NCBI GenBank assembly: GCA_009103225.1
Contig: RHPI01003599.1
Coordinates: forward strand, 186,001-250,000
Direction: 5' to 3'
DNA length: 64,000 nt
DNA from: Chlorokybus atmophyticus
Lineage: Eukaryota; Plantae; Mesostigma and Chlorokybus algae
Each line of letters starts with the position of its first letter. The first letter of the stretch is position 1. The position numbers were made by a program, and so were the translations under genes. Shown piece by piece: positions 42,221 to 54,500 of the stretch. The notes below the pieces were generated by a model. It did no database searches. It was given only the letters and a program-made list of their open reading frames with translations, and was not told where the DNA came from.

Positions 42221-42525
42221 GACCACCATTTTGATCCTCTCGATGAGAGGCTCTCATGCTGGTAGCTTGGAGTGCGCAGTTCTTTGCGTTACGCGACTCA
42301 TCTATAACCGTTGGATAAGACTACCATTTTTATCCTCTCGATGACAGGCTCTCATGCTGTGTGGACAGCTTGGAGTGTGCAGTTCGATACGATGTTACGC
42401 GACTCATCGATAATTGTTGGACAATGAGACTATCAATCCGAGACCCTCATGCTATAATACATTTTAAATGCATTGATGAACTTGTATACATCTAAGACAC
42501 TCATGCTATTATACATTTCAAATGC
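42221..42525. repeat. Two pairs of degenerate direct repeats (~98-bp x2, then ~32-bp cores x2) directly 3' of the tRNA
   Basis: GACCACCATTTTGATCCTCTCGATGA at 42221 matches GACTACCATTTTTATCCTCTCGATGA at 42319. AGACCCTCATGCTATAATACATTT (~42441) matches AGACACTCATGCTATTATACATTT (~42495). Confidence 0.75.
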
Positions 42526-42600
42526 GATGGTTGCCACGTGTACAACTCTATTTATGACGCGCAGCATTTACCCTAAGCTGCAGGGAAGTTGAGGTGCCAT

Positions 42601-43113
42601 TAGGGCTGGGGCCGAACGATTAAAAAACAAACCCCTGAACAACATAAGTACTTTTTGGTTTATACAACCTTATTTTGTTCTTGCAGAACAAAACAAGCGA
42701 CTTTTATGAGTGACAGCGACCAAACCATTCATAATGAATACAAATACTAACAAAACCCATGAGAAAACGTACATAAAATTTACCATGAGGCATACGTTTA
42801 TCAACATTATTATATGCATTATCCAACACGAAGCATTGTATCGTTAATAGCATGAAATTTTGCTACACAACATGTATATGGAAGCATGTACTGCAAAATA
42901 ATGTGACGTCGAGTCACGCTGTGTCACATGGTATGCAGAGGCACATATCAATACACTATGCGTGGTATTGCGAAACTGCAAAAGGTTCGTTCCCTATTAG
43001 CATATATACATGCGTAATGTATACAGAACAAAGAACGTTCTTTCGACCTTTATTTCGTTCTATTTTTTAGCTATTAATGTAAAACCGAACATGGTTGTTA
43101 AGTTCCAGCCCCA
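42601..43113 (+). mobile_element. hAT-type MITE, family A (TAGGGCTGG termini)
   Basis: Termini are TAGGGCTGG...CCAGCCCCA with an 8-bp TSD GGTGCCAT/TGTGCCAT (1 mismatch). It is internally homologous to the reverse complement of 59871-60444. Confidence 0.8.
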
Positions 43114-44069
43114 TGTGCCATAGCCCAAATAAAGCCGTGTTAAGGGGTAGAAAAACTCCGAATTCATGCGGCTGGCTGAAGAAGTACCTCAATTGTCAAT
43201 CTTTGGTTGACAGTACAATCAAGATTATAGAATGGTGTTTTGCACAGCGATGCTTAAACATTGCAATACGTACCTAGAGCATGTCAATAATAACCTTGGA
43301 GAACGGAAGACGGTCAGCACGCGTGTATGTGCATCAGATCATGAGAGTGGAGCGGAAAGGACCGGCTTTGGTTGTGCCAACAGGCATGACCAGCACAATA
43401 ATGATAATAGAGCACCACTACGGCGCCGTTGTTGGCAAAACTCTATAAAGCTTCATATAGCTGCTAACCACACACAAACATGCATTGAAAAGAGACCATT
43501 CATGTATTTAATAACTTCGTCTTGCATAGAAGAGCCCAGCAATGCATATTCGACGTAAACGTAAATTTGGATAATAGCTTTTATGAGAACAAGTATGCAT
43601 GCACGCAAGCATGTATGCAGCATGCAATGCACGTGAGCTCAGCTGTGCCCAGCAGTAGCTAACATTCAGTACTTTTGCCAAGGCGGGATTCAGCTGCGCA
43701 AGAGAGATTCTAGCAGGCTGATGATGAGACTGTGCTAGCTGCAGTATTACACCCGTAAAGCTAAGCAAATGCTGCGCTCAGCTTCTGCAGTTGCATGAAG
43801 GCAAGGCGAGAGCGGCGCAGTAGGTAACAGCGGCAGCGTGGGTATGAAGAGCGGCAGCGAATGTGGGTGGAGGACTGCGGTAACTATGAATGATCCCGTG
43901 AATGTTTCGTGTAATTCACCACGTCCTTGGCACTGAACTTTGGGACTTTGACCTTTGGCAACGCGAGGAAGGGTTAGGCAGCCAACAAGTAAGCAACTTA
44001 CGCATGGGTAACTATGCCTGCGGCAACTGCAATCTGCTGTGAAAACAAAGGGAGCTTTATCTTTCCATG

Positions 44070-44626
44070 CATAGTTACAAAGTACGCAGTACGTGTACTA
44101 ATACGTGGTATGCAAAGTACGCGTATGTTTTCGTAATTTTTCCACTATACGTCGGCCAGTACGTATTTCATATCTTATTCATGCGTAATACTGATAAATA
44201 TCAATAATGTTTGATGCCATATGTGTGCTAATAAGTGCTGGGCAACTCATTGGACATCACAATGCAATATAATACATTGTTTGATCCACGAGTGTTACGA
44301 TATGCTCAAAGTCATTTCCAATGGTAATGCTTTACCTAACATGTTATTACGTAATATCATAACACTTAAAGATGCTTTATAACTTGCAGTGCTGATAGGT
44401 GAGGTGGGTCGCACTGCCGCGACCTACCCCGCCGCGTGACAGGTCGCGCGCGCGGCACGTCACCGAAGGCCGTTTGCTGCGCTATCTGCGCTCACTTACG
44501 AAAAATGACCTATTTTAGTCCAATACCGTACGATTTCACGTACTTTCAACGTATTATTAACAACTGCTTGCTGTACGCGTACCATTACGTATTACTTTAC
44601 CAAAAGTCGCGTACTTTGTTACTATG
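44070..44626. mobile_element. hAT-type MITE, family B (CATAGT termini)
   Basis: 18-bp TIR CATAGT(T/A)ACAAAGTACGC (17/18), a perfect 8-bp TSD TTTCCATG (44062-44069 / 44627-44634), and TACG-rich subterminal repeats. Confidence 0.88.
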
Positions 44627-46086
44627 TTTCCATGCACACAATGCGTTGCCACACCCTCGAGCAGCACATACGCATGCTTGGACACCGCCCCGAAAACGAA
44701 TGCAGTACACTTGTGTACTCGCATGTGTGCGATTCGCCGCCGCTAGCTCTCTTACAGAATAAGCACATAATCAGACAGCTAGGGGGCATCAATAGCCGGT
44801 CGCAAAATCTGACATATCACGCCCGCAGAAGACATGTACTCAAATGCAACTGCTGCTGTGTGTGCTGGCAATTTGTTCTTTTGTACACTCGTTGCATCTA
44901 TTTGCTCTACATACATGTATGTCGGATGCTGGCAAATACTTATCGCCGACATTAGTGGCTGACAGCGCGTGATGTCGGCAATTTGTGAATGTGCCTCCGC
45001 AGAGGATGCAGGTGGGCGTTGAACGTGCCCTCAGCCTGCACCCTCTGCCAATGTCACAGCCCCGAGCCGCGATCTCGGTAGCTAACGCAGCGTACTTTGC
45101 AGGGCGCCGGCGCTGTAAGCTTTCATGTAATAGTTATTATTGTTGTTGTTGAGCTTGAGTAGAGCAGCAATGGCGGCGGCGGCGCTGAGCTTATTGTTGA
45201 CCCTCCCGCCACACCCTAACTTACGATGTATGTAATATATTAATCACGCCGACGCGCTTAAGCTTTGTGATCTCAATGGCACAACTTCAGATGATCGTTA
45301 CCGTCTAATTGCATTCATGTAGCAATTGCACGGTTACATAGCACCTGTGTTTGACACTGCCTTAACTTTAGGAAGCATCTGATCGTGAGGTCACGTACGA
45401 CACCCTGATCTGCCTAGCGAAATATAATGTTTTGGCCGTAGGTGCGCCCTTAGCAATCAATACAAGTACAAACGATTGCTAAACCTGTTACAACTCCTTT
45501 TGCTAGTGAGTTCAGATTGTAGTGTCATAGTACATGCCCGACTTTGCACTAGTGTAAGATTATAGTTAGCAACCATTGTGAGTTACATCTTGCATCGCGT
45601 GAGAGCATACACAAGCAAGGTGACACCTTGAAGGGTTATTAGATGCCGACGTCCTCATAGTGTGACGCCTTATATTGCGACGCACGCGAAACTCGTCACG
45701 CGCGACGCGATGTTGCCCTGATCGGAGGAAGTCTTCCTTGTTTGCTGGAATAAATACGGGAAGGTGCAGCTGATCGGCGGCCCAGGCTGCTGCGGCCCGC
45801 GGGTTTTCCCTTATCCAGTGCGGCCAATGGCAGCCAAGCATTGGCCATAGCCAATCTGAACCAAGCAGTCCGGTCAGCTGACCGAAGCGCCGATATCGGC
45901 TCCAGTTGAAAGCCGTGGTCGACGTCCCACCCTACTAGAGAGGTAGATATCCGCCATGCTGTTGATAGAGACAACATCAGCAGCACTCTGGCGTGTAGGC
46001 ACTTGTACAGGCACCGGCGGCGGCGGAGGAGCAGGAGCAGGAGCAGGAGGAGGTGGAGGTTGTTGCTTCCATCTGTGTTGAGCGCA

Positions 46087-47398
46087 ATGGCGACCGCTAT
46101 GCAGAGCGCCGCCTTGAAGGGAGCTGCGGTGGTGTCGCAGAAGAAGGCACAGCTGCCGCAGCAGAGGTCGGCGCAGCCGGCTCGCCTTGCGCCCAGGTGC
46201 TCCGCCGCCGCTCCCCAGAAGAATGTGCTGCAGCTGGCTGGCAAGGCCGCCGCCGCCTTCGCCGCCTCCGCCCTCGTCGCCTCCTCCGCTGGCGCCCTCA
46301 CCCAGGAGCAGCTCAACGCCCTCACCTACATGCAGGTCAAGGGCACCGGCATTGCCAACACATGCACCACCGTCGATGCCCCGGAGGGCACCCAGGTCAA
46401 GCTGCCAGCTGGCAACTACAAGATCGTCAAGATGTGCCTTGAGCCCACCTCCTTCACCGTCAAGGACGAGTCCCCCTTCAAGGTACATCAGCTTGCAACC
46501 TTACGCTTGGCACTCTCGAATGCTGGCTCCATTCAGCCATCAATTGTGACAGTTTCACTGAGGCTTGCTTTATGATTGCGTCAGGATTGAGTGCTTGCCA
46601 TGGCATTCGCATGCACATTGGTTGATGGCTGAGGTATTTGCTCATCCAGGGTGGCGAGCCTGAATTTGTGAAGACCAAGCTCATGACCCGGTTGACATAC
46701 ACCCTGGACGAGATTGACGGTGACGCGCAGGTCGGCCCCGATGGCTCGTTCTCCTTCAAGGAGAATGACGGCATTGACTACGCCGCTACCACCGTCCAGC
46801 TGCCTGGTAAGCAAGCACACAGGGCATAGAATTGCGTCAGTGTATGAGTCTACAGCCATAAGCATATGTCTGGACAATGCCTCAACCATCAGGCGTGCAT
46901 GTCAAAGTCTTAACCATGTTGATCAAATACAGACAATTGGTGTCGCTGATCTCGCTGTGTTTTGGTACCTGTAAGGTTGTTGTGTTGACTGAATGTTGCC
47001 ATCATCAACCAGGCGGTGAGCGCGTGCCTTTCCTGTTCACCATCAAGGAGCTCGACGCCAAGGGTTCCCTGCAGAAGTTCACTGGCAACTTCTCTGTGCC
47101 ATCATACCGCGGCTCCACCTTCCTTGACCCCAAGGGCCGTGGTGGCTCCACCGGGTACGACAACGCCGTTGCCCTGCCTGCCGCTGCTGACTCTGAGGAG
47201 CTGGAGAAGGAGAACAACAAGAGCACCAAGGCCCTGGTCGGCACCGCCACCTTCCAGACCGCCGTTGTCAACCCCGAGAACCAGGAGCTTGGTGGAGTCT
47301 TTGAGAGCTTGCAGCCATCAGACACTGATCTGGGTGCCAAGGTCCCCAAGGATGTCAAGATCCAGGGTGTCTGGTATGCTCAGTACCAGAAGCTTTAA
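46087..47398 (+). CDS. psbO: Photosystem II oxygen-evolving enhancer protein 1 (33 kDa), 3 exons (46087-46482, 46650-46806, 47013-47398)
   Basis: Bipartite transit peptide ending AGA, plus [96 protein letters not shown] and [11 protein letters not shown]. Confidence 0.98.
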
Positions 47399-48436
47399 AT
47401 TTGCTGCTGCACACTCCTCGCTTGCTGCTGCACACTAGAGAGTAGTGAAACTATCAGTGTAGTATATACCGTACGTCAGTAACATGTTGCTGTGATTTGC
47501 CTGCACCTCAATCTGCACGCTGGGCTTGTATACACTAGGTTGTTACACCTGGCATGCATGCTACCACGTTCTCAAGAACAGTTTCGCACATAATGTTTGA
47601 AAGCACCACGTCTCTTGTTTGCATTGCAATCGAAAGCCAGCACACTAACGTGTTGCTATTGCTCCCATCGATTAACGATTTGAGGTAACCACTTGAGGTA
47701 ATTTATTTACCCGAGAATCATAGTCTCAGGAGATATGGAGAAAGTAGTTAGAATTAGAGTGTAGGCAAGCATCTTTTCACAATGGACATTGATTTGAAGC
47801 AGGTGCATTGTTTGCGGTGTTAACAAAATCACACGTGCGAGCTATCTTCAGTCTAAGGTAGGATGACACTAAGTGTCATCATTTGTTGCTGCTGTGCCAC
47901 ATGACAACATGTATTGTCCAACTTTTGTCTTCACTGACGAAGTTCACAAATAGTCACAGCCAGAAAACTTCACACTTCTTCTTGCTGGCGAAACACTCCA
48001 CCATTTGCGGTCGGACACTACACCGACTCTAACAATTGACACAGTGCAGCGTCCACACCTACCAGCATCACGTGAACCATTGGCATTCTCAACAAAATCA
48101 CACTCACTGTGAGCCCATGGTTGTGGTGCATCCTCAGCTGCCGGTCACTTGACATTCAGCAGTGTATCGGCCCTCCACCATTGATGCAGAAGTTGTAATC
48201 ACCTGCAGCTGCCTACATTGTCGCCACTACCTGATAGGGAGGTTGCTGAGCACACAGGAGCTAAAGGACGCAAAATGCGAAAACCTACGGTGGCATGTGT
48301 CATTGCATCCACCAGAGACCATGATGACATGGTCTAACCAAGCGAGGCCAAACTCTTGCTTGGCGCCACGGGTGCTATCCACGGCGCTTGCACTTGGTTG
48401 TGAACCTGTGATGCCTGTCTGAGAGTGTAGTACCAT

Positions 48437-50315
48437 CTACGTCAGTACTAGCGCTGTCAAACCCGAGCCTCTCCTGCAATGTGAGGTGACAGTATGCCAG
48501 CCCCATCCAAGTTGAGCTGACGTGCATCCACACGGCTGAACCCGGCCGCATTTATGGCGGACAGAGTGTCGCGGTTCAAGTTGCACCCGTCCGCAGCCAC
48601 ATTCTGCAAAGGGTTCAGCACGTCCTGCGCCAGGCGTTTCCATGTGCTCTCTGTGGAATAAACAGCATGGTTGGTTTGAGCAAAGGATGCAGTAAGAATG
48701 CAAATGGCGCTTCGTTTACCAGGCACTGTTGTACAACATTGTACAACAATGCAAGCTTGCTTACTTGGAGCAGCAACATGCTCAATGAAGAAGTAGCTTC
48801 CTCCAGGGCGCAGCACGCGTTGAATCTCTGCGCGTGACCTCCACATACTCAAAACATGGTATATATGCAACATGTGTTGCATGTGTTACCTTGTGTAATG
48901 TAGGTACTGTGCATAGCAATGGCTTAGAAGAGACCAAACAACTTGACCTCAAGCTGTGTCTTGCGGTCAACACGACATGTACCTTTAAGAGCAGTGGTTA
49001 CATCTGGAACGGAGCACAACAGCAGCGTTGCAATCACGGTGTCAACGCTGCGGTCTGATAACGGCAGTCGTTCTGCCACCTGGTAAACAAGGTTCCACAA
49101 GAGAGAAGGAGTTACCCATGTCGCCAGTGAACATACACCTTTATATCGCCTTTGTCCTCACCCCAGACAGCAAAGCTATATTGGAAAGACCAGCTTTGCG
49201 TGCCGCTTTCATCGCGTAAGAAGACATTGCTGGGTTTGGGTCTACGCCGATGAGATGCACTTCGGGACTCAGCATTTCAGCATAGAATCTTCCAACCATT
49301 GCACATGTGAACGACAGGGTTGAGTGGTGCAATATCTAACTCAGCTTCAAGGCAACCATGCGAACCGTGGTACAAAGCAGCCAACTGTCATTGGTAGCTT
49401 CAATCAACAACAGTCCTTGCAGGTGATTATGATGTATGCTGGCCAACACTCTCTGAGTACACATCACAAGACAGCGCAGGTTGCTGATGCTCTCACTTGA
49501 GGTTTGGCGCGGTGCCCATGCCCACTTCAAGCAACTCCTGGCAGCTAGGATCAATGTGTTGAAACAGCTCTTTCTTCACGGGTGTGATGAGCTCTGTAAG
49601 TGACTTGCAACTATCAAGTAGAGGGATGAAGCAACAGCATCCACCCGCATGTCCGTGTGTGCATGCGCGCGTGCCATACTTGCAGTGTTTGCACTTACCC
49701 TCGTAAAAGCCCATAGTTGTGGCCATGGCTTTGGCAAAGTATGTGTCGTACCACTCATTGCGCTGCGCACATGCCTGAAAAACACACAAGAACGTCCTGA
49801 TCGGTTCAGACTTCAGCAAGGATTACAATGTGCGTTGCTTGCTTTTCTCTCTCACCTGGCATGCGCATGCGCCTCTGCTGGCACTCGCAGCAAATGAAGC
49901 AAGCAACAGAGACACAACGGCACTTCGTCTCGTTACATGCTGCATGACAGTAGAAGTCAACAAGCATGCAGAACCACAGACAACACCGATTGGACTACTG
50001 CTGCTCCTGCAACCATGACTACTCTGCTCCAGTGTTACTAAGTACTGCTTTAAAGTCAAGTCAGCAAGCAGCCATGACGTGACAACACACCTGCTTTGGT
50101 CTTTGCTGCTGCTGCTGTTGAGGCGAAGTACAGCTCCGCACACAGCACAACCGCAAGCTTTCTCTTCTGCTGCTCCGTCTTGCTGGCAACCTCACCGCCT
50201 GTCTCCTCTCTGTTGTCCTCGCAGACACAGAGGAGGAGGAGGCAGAGGAGATACTGCACAGACCTCCGCTTCCAGGCCACAATCCCACCCACACCGCCGC
50301 CTCCGCCGCCGCCAT
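48437..50315 (-). CDS. SAM-dependent methyltransferase, METTL7/Methyltransf_11-like, with transit-peptide-like N-terminus
   Basis: Motifs: YFAKAM, LLEVGMGTAPNLKFY, LIGVDPNPAMSSYA, EIQRVLRPGGSYFFIEHVAA and QDVLNPLQNVAADGCNLNRDT. Confidence 0.82.
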
Positions 50316-50432
50316 TGCCACACTACGTACTCAAGCATTAAGGAGTGCTAGCATGCCAGCCATGCACAGCATGCCTCAGACAAAGCATAGGAGCAGCTGG
50401 TTGTGGAAGCTGTTGTGAACAGTCCGCTTAGC

Positions 50433-53108
50433 ATGCTTGGCCTGGTGGTGACGGACGGCCTGCGGCTGGTGCGGCCTGGTGGCGCGGCCGGCTTGCTGCG
50501 CAAGGGCGGTTGCCACCAGGCCAGGACCACCAGGCCGCAGCATGCAACTGCCTCAGTGCGGCCCAAAGCAGCTTGCTCGCAGGCCGGCGGCGACGACGAT
50601 GAGGCTGCTGGAGTTGGTCACAGCCATGAGCATGATCATGATGGCGTGAGTGTGAGTCGGCGGCAGGTGCTGGCGTCAGCTGCTGCTGCTGCTGCCGCGT
50701 GCTCCAGCTTGTGTCCAGGTGAGTGGTTGCGAAAGCAAGCTGCTGCTATGCATGTCATCATTCAACACCACATTAGCATCGTCATCAATCAATGGATGAA
50801 GTTGCCACTTTGAGCACAAGGAGTACACACGAGTAGCAGGAATACACTACAGGCCTACCACACTGTACTGCTTGAATGGTTAGCATGCGCGGTACATGGT
50901 ACCCAGGTTTCACGTGCAATGTTGTTCTGCTAACTTTCATCAAACCTTGCTTCGTCGACACGTTCATAAGGCACACGCAAGTTCAATGTCTGTGCCTGCC
51001 GAAATGAACTTCTTTCCTTGCATGCAGGCACAGCGAACGCCGCTGTGGATGTTCCTCTCAGGCTTGAAGATGTCACGCCAGCTGTCATCCCGGCTGGCCC
51101 GCTCCCACCTTCAGAGGTGATCTAGCCTGATCAAACCTTCTTAGCTTACAGCTCTCATCCTTGTTGATGTTGATGCGTATATGCCTACTTGTGCTTTGCT
51201 GGTCAACACTTGCTCGCTAACTGGTATACAAATTGCACGTGATGTTTTGCATACCTGTTCTTGATGTTGCGCTGATTTTGTTTCACTGTGCTTGCTAGCT
51301 CGCTACTGTGCAGCTGTTTGAAGCGAGCACGTACAGCGTTGCCAACATCATCGACGTGACGTTGAGGCCTGGCATCAGATCAGTTGGCGAAGTGGAGGTG
51401 GGTAGTATGTGTACTTCTGTTTCGTGTCCATATTGCTGAACGGGTCATGGCTTGTTATGACAGATTCCTGAAGGCAATGGGTCAGGCATAGTGTGGGACA
51501 GTGAAGGCCACGTAGTGACCAATTACCATGGTGCGTGTGCACGTGCGTGCGCGCGTGCTTGCGTGTTTACGTGCGTGCTCTGCTCCAAAGTTTTGGCAAG
51601 CACTGTTGTGTGACTGTTGGTATAGATGCAGCTGTAGTCACTCTTTATAGATTTTTTCTACAGTTGTTGGGAGCGTGCTGTCGCGCAACGTTCGGCCCGG
51701 AGACACTGTTGCGCAAGTGACGCTGCTGCGCTCAGATGGGTACAAATAAATTATTACATGTTGATAACTCTTTCCTTTACATGTATATTGTTGCCTCTCG
51801 TGATGTGCATGTGGGTTGCGCAGGTACCAACAGACATTTGGCGCAACATTGGTAGGGGCAGACAGAAGTAAGGACTTAGCCGTTTTGCAGGTTGGTCACA
51901 ATTGGTGCCTTGAACACCAGCACAAGCGCAACACACTCAACTCGATTGGATTGCCCGAATGCATGCGCAATATGGGAACTATGTAGGTGCGTGCGCCATC
52001 AGAAGTTTTGAGACCGATACCGTTGGGCACGTCAAACGAGTTGAAAGTCGGCCAGCGTTGTTTTGCCATTGGCAACCCTTTCGGCTTCGATCACACGCTC
52101 ACTACTGGCGTTATCAGGTGTGCGGGCAATCACCTATCCAACCAAGTGCAAAGCCATTGTTCTGTGTGCGTTGTGTTTGGCACATACATACAGGCACTGA
52201 TTTTATATTTGTGCTGCAGCGGACTGGAGAGAGATATTTACAGCCAAGCCAATGTTGTCATAAGTGGCGGTATTCAGACTGACGCTAGTATCAATCCAGG
52301 CAACAGGCAAGTTGGAGGTCAACTGTTTTTCATGTGTGGTGCAGTCAGTCTTCAATTCTTCAATAATTGCTTCTCTGCAGCGGCGGCCCTCTTCTGGACT
52401 CAAAAGGGCGCCTGATAGGCATCAACACGGCAATTTTTACGCGCTCAGGTCTGCCGTGCTAATAGTATTGCGTGACTAATGCCGTCACTGCATTGCATGA
52501 CTTGCATCTGAATTGCTTCACCAACTTGTCGTGAGCCAGGCACATCGGCCGGCGTGGGCTTTGCTATCCCCATTGATGCTATTGTGCGAGTGGTCCCCCA
52601 ACTAATACAATACGGCAAGGCAAGTGAAACTTGTTACGCGGGTCAACACAGGCAACCCATTGTGTTACTGAGACAACGCTGACTCGTGCCATGTCACATC
52701 AGGTTGTACGCGCTGGCTTGAACATAGTGTTTGCGTCGGCGCAAGTGGCCAAACAGCTGCAGGTCAAGGCGGGTGCTCTCATCCTCTCCATCCCGCCCAA
52801 CAGCGCTGCGGCCAAGGCCGGCCTGCAGTCCACGCGGAGAGGGCTGACTGGCATTGTGCCCGGCGATGTCATCATTGATGCAGACGGCATGCAGGTGGGT
52901 TGTGGCATTGTCTCCTAACCAGTATGGAGTTGTTCTATTCTTTACACTCTTTGTACCATGTATGTAGGTGAAGACGCCTCTGGATTTGTCGAAGGTGCTC
53001 GACAAGCATAGGGTTGGCGACAAGGTCACGTTGACTGTGCTGCGCATTGACAACGGATCGCAAAGGGAGGTGAAGGTGCCGGTTGTGCTGGAGGAAAGCA
53101 GTATGTAG
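50433..53108 (+). CDS. DEG8: Thylakoid-lumen Deg/HtrA serine protease DEG8
   Basis: Twin-Arg SRRQVL signal, then LEDVTPAVIPAGPLPP, YSVANIIDVTLRP, IPEGNGSGIVWD..VTNYHV, GADRSKDLAVL, AIGNPFGFDHTLTTGVISGL, IQTDASINPGNSGGPLLDS and a PDZ domain. It is collinear with plant DEG8. Confidence 0.93.
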
Positions 53109-53484
53109 GCTGCAGTTGAGATGACTGTTACATGCATGCTAGGTTTGTGCCAATTGATTTAATCTAAGCCATTCACGACTGGTGGCCATGGAGTCTGAGG
53201 CGTTAACACAGTGCTCTGCTTGACAGTGCATATGCCCACAGAGCACACACATTGTTGTCGAAGCTACTGCTTGGTCCATGCCGCTGTCGTGATGTTTGGT
53301 ACAAGTGCATACGGCTTCAACTCAACTTGCCCCAAGCAGCACATCAGGAGCCACCATCATTGTGTTTGGCAGCCTCCATGCATTGGCTGGCAGTGAGAGA
53401 AACCCCCTACAAATGTACAACGATGTCACACTACGCCTTACTATACCATATACGCGCATGCACCGCACACCGCCATCATCACAA

Positions 53485-53485
<1 letters not shown>

Positions 53486-53579
<94 letters not shown>

Positions 53580-53620
53580 NTAGGTACCCATATAACCACC
53601 CCCCCCCCCCCCCCCCCCCC
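53486..53620. repeat. Poly-C tracts (~94 C, an N, a short spacer, then 22 C)
   Basis: Directly visible, with an N at 53580. Confidence 0.9.
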
Positions 53621-53679
53621 TTTCATGGCTCTCACACCTTGCAAACGCATTCCGCCATGGCACGAGGGTGTGGGGAACC

Positions 53680-53935
53680 TCACAACTCTGTGCGCGCAGA
53701 GGCGCTAGAAGCCCCTCCCAGCAGCATGCCATGCGTCTCCGTCATCAGCGGGTACAAAATACCCCTTGTGGCACCACCCCTGCCCGGTCTCCACACGCTG
53801 TGACTGGCACGTCTAGCCGCAGCTTTGTGTTTTTGCCGAGTTCCGATGCCACCAAGTCCGACCGCTGTGCCCTGCGATGTCCCCGCGCGGATGGGCATGC
53901 TTGAAGTGATCACTGCATGCGGTCGGTCCCATGCA
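53680..53935 (-). mobile_element. CRE-like RLE endonuclease fragment (inverted)
   Basis: Reads DRPHAVITSSMP..GTAVGLGGIGTRQKHKAA..ILYPLMTETHGML. The PLxxETHG motif is shared with the fragment at 5855. Confidence 0.5.
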
Positions 53936-54269
53936 TCTTTGAGTGTTTGCAGCGATACATTTGAGCACACTTTCTTAGTAATCATGTTGATTGACCTCAG
54001 CTTGAATTCATAGCACCAACCTAACCCATCCTGTCAGTCATGTTCAGGTCCATGGCCTGAACAAATCCTAGTTTTAATGATGAAATGCTTTCGAAGGAAG
54101 GATTTCATTAAAACTAGGATTCTATCGTCTCTCACATTCCAATCATGTGTTAATGTGGAACAATTAAGCTCATATGCGAAGCATGGCCAAGCAAACAAGA
54201 GCAGGTAACGTCAGGCAGTTGAATGCATTGCACGCTCTACTACTACACATACGAAGCAGTGGCCTTGGC

Positions 54270-54500
54270 ACTCGCTAGCTGCACGCGACTTGCCGTTGCG
54301 CCGCCTGCCAGGCTATATATCAGGCTACTTGGCGCTTTACCGGCAGCGGGTGGCCTGCGCGCTACAGCGTGCGCAAGGCCTCACTATCCTGGAGCGAGGA
54401 GCGGCAATCGTGGCCACCGAGCCGGGCTGGGGACCCGTTCAGACGTCAGCACCGACATCCGAGGCGGACGCTGTACTGGCGGCTGCTGCCGGACAGTTGC
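54270..54500 (+). mobile_element. CRE-like non-LTR retrotransposon 3' fragment
   Basis: Reads SLAARDLPLRRLPGYISGYLALYRQRVACALQRAQGLTILERGAA, with clear DNA homology to 5930-6135. Confidence 0.65.

Noticed and set aside
42221-42525. Repeat-spacer-like pattern as a CRISPR array
   Set aside because: The context is eukaryotic, the units are long, degenerate and only duplicated, and there are no unique equal-length spacers or cas genes.
45696-46488. Long antisense ORFs over psbO (similar ones over the kinase, GH79, DEG8 and ZNHIT2)
   Set aside because: These are shadow ORFs from high-GC3 coding sequence on the other strand.
53252-53803. Poly-Pro/poly-Gly ORFs
   Set aside because: They are artefacts of the poly-C tract.
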